Part shown: positions 1-8,139 of the stretch, in pieces
How positions within the stretch are numbered: the stretch's first letter is position 1
How the letters are laid out: every line of letters begins with the position of its first letter
Source: a virus
Taxonomy: Duplodnaviria; Caudoviricetes
Length of the DNA: 39,952 bases
Reading direction: 5' to 3' (one strand)
IMG/VR virus record: IMGVR_UViG_3300037047_000031
Location: 1-39,952 of that record
Program-made: the position numbers and the translations under genes
The notes under the pieces: generated by a model
Databases searched by the model: none
Told to the model about the DNA's origin: nothing
Seen by the model: the letters and a program-made list of their open reading frames with translations, nothing else

Positions 1-33
1 CGATATTCAAAGAGCGGGCGCCGAAGGGTATTG

Positions 34-115
34 CCCAGGCACCCGCGGAACCGGCTTTGCCGGGCCGCCAGGTGCGCCCCCCCGGGGGGGTGACGCCGCA
101 GGCGGCGCAGGGGGT
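34..115. repeat. Host GC-rich palindromic intergenic repeat (REP-like, Comamonadaceae type) downstream of the pirin gene
   Basis: Nested hairpins (ccggctttgccgg; cccccccggggggg; cgccgcaggcggcg) lie outside the phage TG end. They resemble the cgcggaaccggctttgccgggccgc repeat I recall from Acidovorax/Variovorax-like genomes. Confidence 0.55.
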
Positions 116-118
116 ATC

Positions 119-124
119 ACAACT
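119..124 (+). repeat. Left copy of 6-bp target site duplication ACAACT
   Basis: ACAACT directly precedes TG at 125 and directly follows CA at 39826. Confidence 0.9.
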
Positions 125-200
125 TGAAGCGCGCCGAGATATTGGCCGCTGATTAGCGAGATATTCGGGCATTGGTCGGGCTTTCCGGTAGCGTAACAAA
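125..200 (+). other. Left phage end with putative transposase-binding sites
   Basis: TG at 125. GAGATA occurs at end positions 12-17 (136-141) and 34-39 (158-163), mirrored at the right end. A possible third site GCGTAACAAA is at 191-200. Confidence 0.75.
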
Positions 201-220
201 ATTGCGCACCGGGAAAGCCC
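178..220. terminator. Imperfect inverted repeat just downstream of the methyltransferase gene, possible terminator of the leftward late transcript
   Basis: gggctttccgg...ccgggaaagccc. There is no strong U-tract. Confidence 0.4.
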
Positions 221-224
221 AACA

Positions 225-1013
225 TCACCTCGGTGGGTCGAAGTTCATGATCAGCAGCTCCACAACCGACTTCGACGTCGTGGCGCTCAGCGAGTATCTG
301 GTCTTCACCTCGCGGATGTGGAATGCCTTGAACAACGCCCTGATCTCCGGCGCGTCGTTGATGCTCATGATGAAATTGCCCCTGATCCCGCCGAGTTGCT
401 CGGCCAACGCCTGGAAGTCCGCCTTGGCGAACAGGCCCTTGCCGTAGTAGTCCTCACAGTTCCAGTACGGCGGGTCCACATAAAACAATGTGTCCTCGCG
501 GTCAAAGCGGTCGATCACCACCTTGTAGGGCCTGTTCTCCACGTACACCCGGTTGAGCCGCAGGTGGGCATCGCTCAGCTCCTCCTCGATCCGCAGCAGG
601 TTGAAGCGTGCTGGCTGGCTGGCCGCGATCCCGAAGCTCTGGCCGCGCAGCCTGGCGCCGTAGCCCGTCTTCATGATGTAGAAAAAGCGCACCGCCCGCT
701 GAATGTCCGTGAGCGTGTCCACCTCCTGGAGCATGAAGCGGTCGAACTCGTCGCGAGCCACCAGCAGCCACTTCAGGTAGCGGACAAACTCCTCCAGGTG
801 GTTCTTCACCACTCGATACAGGGTGATCAGGTCCGAGTTGATGTCGTTGATAATCTCGACCTTGCTGGGCTCCTTTCGGAACATCAGCCAGGCCGCGCCT
901 GCGAACACCTCCACATAGCAGTGGTGCGGAGGCAGCAGGGGAATGATCTGGTCGGTGAGCTGGCTCTTGCCGCCCATCCATGCGAGGAAACTCTTCGGCT
1001 GTTTGTTGATCAT
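225..1013 (-). CDS. D12-class N6-adenine DNA methyltransferase (Dam-like)
   Basis: WMGGKS, YVEVFAG (motif I), INDIN and YVDPPY (motif IV). It occupies the terminal mom-equivalent position. Start placed at MINKQPKSF. Confidence 0.95.
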   Translation of the reverse strand: MINKQPKSFLAWMGGKSQLTDQIIPLLPPHHCYVEVFAGAAWLMFRKEPSKVEIINDINSDLITLYRVVKNHLEEFVRYLKWLLVARDEFDRFMLQEVDTLTDIQRAVRFFYIMKTGYGARLRGQSFGIAASQPARFNLLRIEEELSDAHLRLNRVYVENRPYKVVIDRFDREDTLFYVDPPYWNCEDYYGKGLFAKADFQALAEQLGGIRGNFIMSINDAPEIRALFKAFHIREVKTRYSLSATTSKSVVELLIMNFDPPR

Positions 1014-1049
1014 GATGCAAGCTGTTTTCTTGGAGTGAAAACGGCCCGG

Positions 1050-1163
1050 TACAATTCCCACGCCTGTACAGGTGGGGTGGCCCTGGCCGAGCTTGCTGGT
1101 CTATTCAGCAGGGGAAGCGGCTGGGTCTGGTGTTGACGCACCTGGCCCAGTCGCCACTTCTTT
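1050..1163 (+). ncRNA. Candidate ~100-nt structured sRNA antisense to the methyltransferase leader
   Basis: TACAAT -10 at 1050-1055, then three hairpins. The last (1117-1154) is a 16-bp stem with G-U pairs on the + strand followed by cttcttt. Confidence 0.5.
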
Positions 1164-1686
1164 ACGGTATCGAGGCCGGCACCTGTACCACCATCGGCTG
1201 CACAATCTCAGGCCGCACCACCAGCGGGTCCTTGCTCGCAGCAGTGATTCCTTCGCTGGCCGTCTGAGCCTGGGCATCCGCAGCGCCCTTGAACGCATCT
1301 GCAGCCGCGTTCGCAACGCCCACAGCCGTCGTCGCCGCCGCAGTGGCCTTCACCGCCGTGGTGCCCACCGCCTGGGCGGCTTCGACGCCGGTTGTGGGGT
1401 TGCGGTTCGGCGTCGGTCGCCCGTTCACCGTCTGGTTGATGTTCGTCGCCTGCGTCGTCAGACCGCAGACCGCCAACCCTATGTCCGTTGTGGCTTTTTC
1501 AAAACACTTGGCGAGCGTTTCCTGGGTCTTCCATTGCACGTCCGCCTGGTCGGAATACATGCTCTTGTTCGCATCAGCCGAGGCCTTGAAGTCGGAGATC
1601 CGGTCGCCGTCTTTGGTGAATGAGCCGCACCCGACGAGGCTGACAGCGGCGATGACGACCGCGAGGGAAAGGATTCTCTTGTTCAT
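1162..1686 (-). CDS. Hypothetical lipoprotein
   Basis: MNKRILSLAVVIAAVSLVG-C signal peptide and lipobox. ATGA overlap with the upstream i-spanin. Confidence 0.8.
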   Translation of the reverse strand: MNKRILSLAVVIAAVSLVGCGSFTKDGDRISDFKASADANKSMYSDQADVQWKTQETLAKCFEKATTDIGLAVCGLTTQATNINQTVNGRPTPNRNPTTGVEAAQAVGTTAVKATAAATTAVGVANAAADAFKGAADAQAQTASEGITAASKDPLVVRPEIVQPMVVQVPASIP

Positions 1687-2315
1687 TGCTTGATCTCCGG
1701 TTGGGTGGGTTTCAGGGTGTCTTGCCCGGTACGGGCTGAGCGGCGTGCGGCTGCGGCGTCTCGCCGGGCGAGCAAGGTGCTGTTGAGCGCGTGAGCCGCC
1801 GCTGACGCTCGCACCGCCTCGTGTCCGAATCTGTCTGTGTCTGTCTCAGATCGCTCAAGATCGCGCTCGGCGGCCTCGGCATATCGACCACAGGCATCGG
1901 AGGCGGCTCGCTGGGCGGCGGCAACGATGGCGGCACGTTCTGCGTTGCGCAGCCCTGCACCAGCAGCCCGAGAGCGATCAGCATCGGCCACGCTGGCCAG
2001 AATCGTGTTGTATGCACCTTGCACCTCCTGATTGACTTGCACCAAACGGGACAACTCCCGCGCGTTTTCACGGTGGGCCGTTGCCACCGCCTCGGCGACC
2101 TCGACCCGGCTCTTGTCCCACCGCGCCTGCACAGGCGCTGCGCCGCGCTTCTCAGCGGCCTTCACGGCTGTGTGCACCTGCCCGGCGTGCCAGGCCAGCG
2201 CGCCGGCCGTGGCCGCCGCACCAACGCCCAGCCAGATCGCCCAGCTCCAGGCTCCAGCGCTGCCCATGAACGCACTGGCAACCCACTTGAGCGCGGTGAG
2301 TGATTTGCTGCTCAT
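1683..2315 (-). CDS. Rz-like inner-membrane spanin
   Basis: N-terminal hydrophobic segment and Ala-rich coiled-coil body. Follows the endolysin with an ATGA overlap and contains an embedded lipoprotein ORF. Confidence 0.75.
   Translation of the reverse strand: MSSKSLTALKWVASAFMGSAGAWSWAIWLGVGAAATAGALAWHAGQVHTAVKAAEKRGAAPVQARWDKSRVEVAEAVATAHRENARELSRLVQVNQEVQGAYNTILASVADADRSRAAGAGLRNAERAAIVAAAQRAASDACGRYAEAAERDLERSETDTDRFGHEAVRASAAAHALNSTLLARRDAAAARRSARTGQDTLKPTQPEIKQ
1712..2017 (-). CDS. Rz1-like outer-membrane lipoprotein spanin embedded in Rz
   Basis: GTG start with AGGAGG RBS. Lipobox LVQG-C followed by a Pro-rich periplasmic domain, in another frame fully within Rz. Confidence 0.75.
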   Translation of the reverse strand: MHTTRFWPAWPMLIALGLLVQGCATQNVPPSLPPPSEPPPMPVVDMPRPPSAILSDLRQTQTDSDTRRCERQRRLTRSTAPCSPGETPQPHAAQPVPGKTP

Positions 2316-2998
2316 ATCAACCTCCGGTACTTCGCCATCCGAGCGTCCACGTCGCCCGCATGATGTCTGCTGATCTCGCAGGCCGTGCGCCGCGTGCCCG
2401 GGATCACCCGTTTGCCGCGCAAACACACACGCTCCACGTGGCCCGTCCAGCGCATCGGGTCGCAACCCGCCGTCATGCCACAGGCTCGCCGCTCCTTCGC
2501 CAGCATCCCCGGTCCGCCGTTGTAGGAGGCCGAGAGCATCTGCAGGGCGTCCTTCGTGAGCGGCACGCTGGCCAGCGACTTGTGTTCGGCGCGCAGCATC
2601 AACAGCATCGCCCGCACCTGGTAGTCCGGCCGGCTCGCGCAGTTCGCCCAGGTCCACCCGCGCAGCTGCTGCGGATAGGCCCGCACCAGCTCGCCCAGCT
2701 TGTCGAAACGGCCATAGACCTCGGTCACCTGACCGAGGCCGCAGGCACGCTCCCGGGCCGTCTTGAAGCTGCTGGCCGGGTTCATGCACTTCTTCGGCAT
2801 CGCAAAGCAGCCGCTCTCATGCTCAGCCAAAGCCAGCGGGTAAGCCCGGTCAGGAATGCCCGGCCAGATCGTGGCCGTCTCGGCGCGGAACGTGCCCAGG
2901 TGGTCGTAGGCCCGAGCCGGGATCGTCGTGGCCACGTCTGCGGCCACCACCAACGCCGGCACCAAGGCCAGCAGCGCGATGCAGATTAGTCGGCGCAT
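2312..2998 (-). CDS. Endolysin, lytic transglycosylase (SLT) with N-terminal signal/SAR segment
   Basis: EHES catalytic motif, GLGQ and ASYNGG. Hydrophobic N-terminus MRRLICIALLALVPALVVAA. Confidence 0.88.
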   Translation of the reverse strand: MRRLICIALLALVPALVVAADVATTIPARAYDHLGTFRAETATIWPGIPDRAYPLALAEHESGCFAMPKKCMNPASSFKTARERACGLGQVTEVYGRFDKLGELVRAYPQQLRGWTWANCASRPDYQVRAMLLMLRAEHKSLASVPLTKDALQMLSASYNGGPGMLAKERRACGMTAGCDPMRWTGHVERVCLRGKRVIPGTRRTACEISRHHAGDVDARMAKYRRLI

Positions 2999-2999
2999 G

Positions 3000-3386
3000 T
3001 CAGCCACCTCGCATCGAGCTGAGCGCGCCGGAAATCGCGGGCGCAGTGGCGTCCAGACCCCAGCAGAACACCACGATCAGGATCGCCAAGATCAGCGCGT
3101 TAGCGATCAGCGCCAGCCCTGCGGCCACGTTCCCATGAATGCGCACCTGGGCAAACAGGAAGCGGTTGTCCGCCTCCTCATAGTCGCGAAACGCCATGTA
3201 CGACCACCAGGCAAACAGCAGGCCCATGGTCTTGGAGCCCAGCGCCTGAATGAACACCGCCATAGAGGCCCACGCGGCGTTCGGAAAGAAGCCGCGCAGC
3301 ATGCCCGACTCGGGGTCGGTCAGCACGATCAGCAACGGCCAGAGCAGGAACATGCCCAGCATGAAAAAGTGACGAAATCGAAGCAT
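3000..3386 (-). CDS. Putative holin
   Basis: 128 aa with several hydrophobic segments, directly upstream of the endolysin. Confidence 0.65.
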   Translation of the reverse strand: MLRFRHFFMLGMFLLWPLLIVLTDPESGMLRGFFPNAAWASMAVFIQALGSKTMGLLFAWWSYMAFRDYEEADNRFLFAQVRIHGNVAAGLALIANALILAILIVVFCWGLDATAPAISGALSSMRGG

Positions 3387-3387
3387 C

Positions 3388-3942
3388 TCAGGCCTCCAGT
3401 CGGTTGAAAAACTCTTCGGTGATCTCGCGGCCGAAGCTCGCGACCACCGCCTCAGCGCGGGCCGGCGTGAAGATCCACGCGTCCAGGAAGCCCGCGATGT
3501 GCATCACGATCTCCGAGCAGAACCAGCGGCCTAGCGCCTGCCGCACGCGCAGCACCGCGCTCGCAATCGCCCCAGCCAGGTCGTACCGCTTACCGTCCTC
3601 AGCCGCCAGCACCACCGCAGGCCGAGCCGGGTCAAACAGCGGACCCTGCCGCTCGCAAAAGTAGATGCGCCAGTGCCCAGGCGTCAGATGCACGTAGCGC
3701 TTGATCCGCACCCCGTTCTGACCGGTCACCGGGTGCTCCTTGCGCAGCGTGGCCGAGCCGATGTCCACCGAGCCGTCCGGGTGCAGCGCCAGCACCTGTT
3801 CCATGTGCGTCGTGTCGGAAAACATCGCGCCTCGCTGCGCCCAGCGGATGATCCAAACGCCCAATTCGGCCAACAGCCCGTCGCCGTTGTGGTCGCCGAT
3901 GTAGCAGGCAATGATCTGGCCGCGTGCGAGGTCCATCGTCAC
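3388..3942 (-). CDS. Permuted papain-like (NlpC/P60-type) protein
   Basis: His (THME) precedes G-K-R-Y-D and WFCSE, which is the permuted His...Cys order. Confidence 0.6.
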   Translation of the reverse strand: MTMDLARGQIIACYIGDHNGDGLLAELGVWIIRWAQRGAMFSDTTHMEQVLALHPDGSVDIGSATLRKEHPVTGQNGVRIKRYVHLTPGHWRIYFCERQGPLFDPARPAVVLAAEDGKRYDLAGAIASAVLRVRQALGRWFCSEIVMHIAGFLDAWIFTPARAEAVVASFGREITEEFFNRLEA

Positions 3943-4547
3943 GCTTCGAAGATGCCATCCACCGTAGCCTGCGCCTGCGCCTGGCCGTACACGCCCCCGA
4001 AGATGTCCAGGAACTCAACGAGGCCGGCCGCCTTGGCATCGGTGAGGATCACTTCGTAGTGCTCGGGGTCCTGACCAGCGTAGGCTGTGATGGCGTCGAT
4101 AGTGGCGCGCTCGATGCCGTCCACGGCCGCGCCGATGTGCGCAAACACGTAGCTGTTCGCAAGCACCTTGTCAGCCAGTTGCTCGACTGTCTCCCCCAGC
4201 CCGCGCAGACGCGCCTCCCTCGCCAGCACATCGGTGTCGAATGCGCTGGCGGTGCCGGCCTTCGCTGCCTGGGCGGCGGCCAGTTGGATCGGCCAGCGTG
4301 CGGCCTGCAGGTAGTGCTTGCTGTTCGCGACGCGCTCGCGAATCTTGTTTGCGAAAACGACCGTGCGCTTGATGGCCAGCGCCTTCGCTTGATCGACCAG
4401 CTCTGCGTTCGTCAGCACTGGCGGCGCAGACGCATGCAGGTGCTCTTCCTGCGTGATTTCGGTGAGCGATGGGTCGTCGAGCGCCACGCTCGACTCCAGC
4501 ATCGATACGACACCATCAACAACACGTCGGTAGAACTTGTTCATCAC
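3939..4547 (-). CDS. Tail fibre assembly/chaperone-like protein
   Basis: Directly follows the fibre gene. EARLRGLGETVEQLADKVLAN pattern is typical of fibre-associated proteins. Confidence 0.6.
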   Translation of the reverse strand: MMNKFYRRVVDGVVSMLESSVALDDPSLTEITQEEHLHASAPPVLTNAELVDQAKALAIKRTVVFANKIRERVANSKHYLQAARWPIQLAAAQAAKAGTASAFDTDVLAREARLRGLGETVEQLADKVLANSYVFAHIGAAVDGIERATIDAITAYAGQDPEHYEVILTDAKAAGLVEFLDIFGGVYGQAQAQATVDGIFEA

Positions 4548-5320
4548 ACATACTCCACGTCGATGTAGCTGTCTTTCACGATAATCGGGCCGACAGCCAC
4601 GCCCTTTTGGGCGGTCAGGGTGATCGTGTAGGTGGTCTCCGGATTCAGCCCATAAGCTGCGTCCATGATCGTCAGCGGGATCTGACCCGCATTGCCCGAC
4701 ACCTTCGGCTGCAACTCAGCACCCAGGTAGTGGCCGCCAAATACATCGGCCCCGTCGACCCGCAGCGAGGAACCGATGGTGCATGACGCCGTCGTCGAGT
4801 CGTTCCTGAAACTGGCGTGCGCGAAGATCCGTGCTCGGCGTGCGCCGGTCAGGACCAAGGTCTGGAGCACGTAGTCTTGCCCTATGTTTGGCATATCGGT
4901 CAGCACCGTACCCGGCGAAAACACCCGCAGCTTCTGCGGAGTCGGGCCGATGTAGGTGTTGTTGACGACCTCGGCAATGTTCGAATTCGACCCGGCCACG
5001 GCCGCCGACAACTCGCTCTCGCTAAATCCCCAGCGCTCCCACTTAGCCGCATCGCTCCCGGGCGGCACGTCGTTGTCCACCTTCGCCCTCCAGCTCACGC
5101 CCAGGTGCATCACGCATGCGCCAGCCGGGTAGGCGTGCAGCGCGGCCAGGTCGGCGCTCCAGGGCGTGACGTTGCGCATGCGCTGGTACAACGCGCGGTT
5201 CGCCAGCGCCGTGCCCATCAGGTTCGGTGGCCCGTCCGAGCCTCCCAACACCGGGTCAGTGACGGCAATCTGGTACACGCCTGGCGGCCAGTTTTCGGGC
5301 GATTCGAGTTGATAGGCCAT
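4544..5320 (-). CDS. Short tail fibre protein
   Basis: N-terminal W-x-x-GVYQI...DPVLGG...LANR fibre anchor motif. Follows the gpI-like gene. Start placed at MAYQLE. Confidence 0.8.
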   Translation of the reverse strand: MAYQLESPENWPPGVYQIAVTDPVLGGSDGPPNLMGTALANRALYQRMRNVTPWSADLAALHAYPAGACVMHLGVSWRAKVDNDVPPGSDAAKWERWGFSESELSAAVAGSNSNIAEVVNNTYIGPTPQKLRVFSPGTVLTDMPNIGQDYVLQTLVLTGARRARIFAHASFRNDSTTASCTIGSSLRVDGADVFGGHYLGAELQPKVSGNAGQIPLTIMDAAYGLNPETTYTITLTAQKGVAVGPIIVKDSYIDVEYV

Positions 5321-5322
5321 GG

Positions 5323-5922
5323 TCAATAGGCTCCGTAGTTGTATGCGCCGTCGTAGTTCGCGAAGGCGTTGTAGATCAGCAGTCCGTCCGTGCTGCGGAT
5401 GTCCCAGAGGTGGTCGCGGGCCGGTGCCCACTTGAGCAGCAGCGCCCGAATGCGCGCGGCCATGCGCGTCGTCAGCATCGCGCTCACGGTCACCCGGTAC
5501 ACCGCCCAATCGCGCCAGCGCCCGTCGTACACCGGGAAGCCGTCGTAGCTCCAGGCGCCGTCGTAGGCCTTGCCGCCGCGCCCCTCGTGTATCACCACCT
5601 CGCCCAGGCCGAGCAAGCGAAAAATCTCGCGAATGCTGTGCGGCGTACCCTTCAGACGCTTGATCTCCACCACGTTTTTCAGGTACTCGCGCTGCGCGGA
5701 CTGGTCGCCGTTGCACAGCTCCCAGCCCAGATCGCCGTAGCAGTTGAACTGCTGAGCCAGGCTTGGCAGCGCGCTCGCATCCACGTGGTCAAAGTCGTAG
5801 ATCACGACCTTGTCCACCGGCAGCAGGCTGGTTTGCGCGTTCAGCGCCTCCGCCGAGCGAAAGTGTGCGTCGCGCCGCATCGGCGGCACCAGCAGGCTCG
5901 GGTTCACGAAGCGCGGGTCCAT
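5323..5922 (-). CDS. P2 gpI-like tail/baseplate protein
   Basis: LPSLAQQF, KRLKGTP and W-AVY motifs. Lies between baseplate J and the fibre. Confidence 0.85.
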   Translation of the reverse strand: MDPRFVNPSLLVPPMRRDAHFRSAEALNAQTSLLPVDKVVIYDFDHVDASALPSLAQQFNCYGDLGWELCNGDQSAQREYLKNVVEIKRLKGTPHSIREIFRLLGLGEVVIHEGRGGKAYDGAWSYDGFPVYDGRWRDWAVYRVTVSAMLTTRMAARIRALLLKWAPARDHLWDIRSTDGLLIYNAFANYDGAYNYGAY

Positions 5923-5925
5923 CGG

Positions 5926-7065
5926 TCAGCCCTCCGCGTCGCCGACCACCGACACCGCCAGCGCCGTGATCTGCGGCCACTCGTTGGGCTCCATCACCAT
6001 CACCGCCGCAGGCGAGATCACCTCCACGCGGTACACGCCGTACACATCCAACGCGCTCTTGATCTGGCTCGGCACCACGTCCACACCTAGCCGCGCCTGA
6101 ATGCGCTGCACATAGGCCGCCGCAGCCTGGTAGGCCGCCGCCTGCGCCGATGCCGCGTCCGCGCCCTCGTACAGCGTGAGCGCGATCTGCAGGTCCACCG
6201 CCCGCACCACCGGCGCCAGCGCCACCACCGTGTCGCACAACGGCCGGCGCGTCTCGCCGTTGCACGCGGCCAATACCTGCGCCAGCACAGGCGCACCCGG
6301 CAGGCCATCCGCCATCAAAGGATGGATGTGCACCAGGCCGGGCTCTGGAGACGTGATCGCCACGTCCGTGATCCCTGCATTCGCTCCGAGCGAAAAAAAC
6401 GTGTAGGCCTCGCGGCTCCCGCAGTTACTGAACTGCTCGGGTGCTAGCGTGATGCGGCGTCGCAGGTGATCGTCGTCTTCAACGTCCGCGCCCGCGCTGC
6501 TGATCGTGGTGTTCGCCACCGCGCTGACCTTCAGGCCTGGCGGCTGCGCGCTGTACAGCCGGGAGATCTGCCCCGGCAGAAACCCGTTGCCCAGAGCGCC
6601 CGGCGTCTCACAAACCACCCGCGCATCCACCTGCTCCGCGCCAGCAGCCACCAGCACATCCGTCGCCGTCGCGAACACCAGGGCCGCGCCGCTGGCAGAT
6701 GACGTGCTCACCTGTGTGCCTGCGGGCAGCACCGTGCCCACCAGCGGCACCGGGAAAAAGCTGAACCGCACAACGCACTCGGCCGACGCCGCGTCCAGCC
6801 GCGCCACACCGATGTTCTCGCCCAGGTAGTCCAGGATCACACCGCGCGAGTAGCGCACCAGGTTGAGCTTCGCCGCGTCTTGTATCGCCTCACGCATCAG
6901 CTTGTCGCGGTAGGCGATCACGTTCACCATCAGCCGCTCGGCCTGCGCCGGGTACAGCGTGAAGCCCGTCAGCTCCTCGTACATGCGCACCATGTCGCGC
7001 GTGATCGCCTCGGCGTCGCGGTCGATGAAATTCGGCTCAGCCAGCGAGCGGTCCAAGAGCGTCAT
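5926..7065 (-). CDS. Baseplate J/gp47 family protein
   Basis: LDYLG, GADVEDDDHLRRRI, GSREAY and RPLCD motifs. Confidence 0.92.
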   Translation of the reverse strand: MTLLDRSLAEPNFIDRDAEAITRDMVRMYEELTGFTLYPAQAERLMVNVIAYRDKLMREAIQDAAKLNLVRYSRGVILDYLGENIGVARLDAASAECVVRFSFFPVPLVGTVLPAGTQVSTSSASGAALVFATATDVLVAAGAEQVDARVVCETPGALGNGFLPGQISRLYSAQPPGLKVSAVANTTISSAGADVEDDDHLRRRITLAPEQFSNCGSREAYTFFSLGANAGITDVAITSPEPGLVHIHPLMADGLPGAPVLAQVLAACNGETRRPLCDTVVALAPVVRAVDLQIALTLYEGADAASAQAAAYQAAAAYVQRIQARLGVDVVPSQIKSALDVYGVYRVEVISPAAVMVMEPNEWPQITALAVSVVGDAEG

Positions 7066-7523
7066 TGCGCGATCACTCCCAGCGAAGTCAGCAAGTCGTC
7101 AAGCCGGACGTTGGACGAGAAAATCTGCTCGGCCACGCCGTCGACAAACTTCCACTCCACGAGCAAGTCTTTCGTGGCGTAGTTGTTGTCGTCGCGCTGC
7201 GTCAGCACCACGCGCACCAGCTTGAGGCGGATCACCCAGCGCTCAATGGCGCTCACCACCGCGCGCACGATGTGCGGCCGGGCCACGTTTATCGGGCTGT
7301 CGATCCAGTGCCACCAGTCCGAGCCAAAGTCCGGCCGGTGCACGTCCGCGCCCAGCGGCGTGAACAGCACCAGGATCACCTCCTGGTGGATGTCGTCCAC
7401 ATCGGTGACCAGGCGCGCCGCGCGGTCGTTCAACAGGCCGTCAGCGCGGTCGCTGGCGAGGCTCAGCGCCACCTGTGCAAAGCCGGTGCCGACGTCGGAA
7501 AGGGTGCTGGGAACGAGGGGCAT
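7062..7523 (-). CDS. Baseplate wedge W/gp25 family protein
   Basis: TPLG...RPDFGS...AIERW motif. Confidence 0.88.
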   Translation of the reverse strand: MPLVPSTLSDVGTGFAQVALSLASDRADGLLNDRAARLVTDVDDIHQEVILVLFTPLGADVHRPDFGSDWWHWIDSPINVARPHIVRAVVSAIERWVIRLKLVRVVLTQRDDNNYATKDLLVEWKFVDGVAEQIFSSNVRLDDLLTSLGVIAQ

Positions 7524-7529
7524 GTGGGC

Positions 7530-7574
7530 AGTCTGCCCAACGCCCTCGGATCAGGACATTAAAACGGTTTATTG
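7530..7574 (-). promoter_or_regulatory. Late promoter (activator box, N22, -10 CAGACT) for W, probably leaderless
   Basis: On the - strand: CAATAAACCGTTTTAAT-N22-CAGACT-N6-ATG. Confidence 0.7.
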
Positions 7575-7587
7575 ATCGCTGGCGCGG

Positions 7588-8139
7588 TCAAGCCACCGGT
7601 GGCGTGGTCACCGACGGGCCGACCATCACACCGCCGTGGATGTGATTCTTGAGGCTCACACCGCCGCCGATGGCGTCTTCGCTCGCCGTCATCGTGCCGT
7701 CCACCTGCACGTCGCCCGTGCAGTGCACCAGGGGCGTGTCCAGGATCACCTTTGTCGGCGCCACCACCTTGGCAATGCCCGTCTCCCGGTTGTAGCTCAC
7801 CCAACCACCGTCCTCGAACTGCATGCCGTATTCGTCCATGTCGTCGGTCGGCGGCTGGTCGACTTCTGAGTACACCGCGCCCATCACGCAGCCGTCCTCC
7901 AGGCGGTCGTCCATCATGCACATCACCATCTCACCGATGTCGGGCGTCCAGAAGCCCTTGTCGTTCTGGGTCTTCGTGTAAAGCACCGGGATCCACTTCG
8001 TCAGCATGTCGCCCAGGTCCGGGAACCGCACGATCACCCAGCCCACCTTGCGGTCTTCAACCAGGCCCATCTTGAGCGACACCAGACCGGTGTTCTTGCC
8101 CGTCTGGCGGTCTATGCTGCTGGCGCTCTCTGAGTTCAT
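7588..8139 (-). CDS. Baseplate spike, P2 gpV family
   Basis: WTPDIGEMV OB-fold motif and C-terminal SLKNHIHGGV metal-binding tip. Confidence 0.92.
   Translation of the reverse strand: MNSESASSIDRQTGKNTGLVSLKMGLVEDRKVGWVIVRFPDLGDMLTKWIPVLYTKTQNDKGFWTPDIGEMVMCMMDDRLEDGCVMGAVYSEVDQPPTDDMDEYGMQFEDGGWVSYNRETGIAKVVAPTKVILDTPLVHCTGDVQVDGTMTASEDAIGGGVSLKNHIHGGVMVGPSVTTPPVA

Noticed and set aside
119-126. 8-bp ACAACTTG repeat at both ends read as an integrase att core
   Set aside because: There is no tyrosine or serine integrase. The extra TG match is the phage terminus coinciding with host sequence, and the symmetric end boxes fix the ends at 125 and 39826.
1129-1139. 11-mer GGTGTTGACGC shared between the sRNA hairpin and the reverse complement of the DUF3102 palindrome
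   Set aside because: The match is short and the palindrome arms are not shared, so it is plausibly chance.
1683-2789. Long upstream extensions given by the ORF track for Rz (2789), fibre (5716), gpX (10010), gp35 (18387), rdgC (28968) and the ATPase (26240)
   Set aside because: The extensions overlap upstream genes in another frame. Downstream starts with an RBS or stop/start overlap fit better.
3939-5320. Invertible G-segment host-range switch
   Set aside because: No invertase, no inverted gix-like sites and no alternate fibre genes were found.
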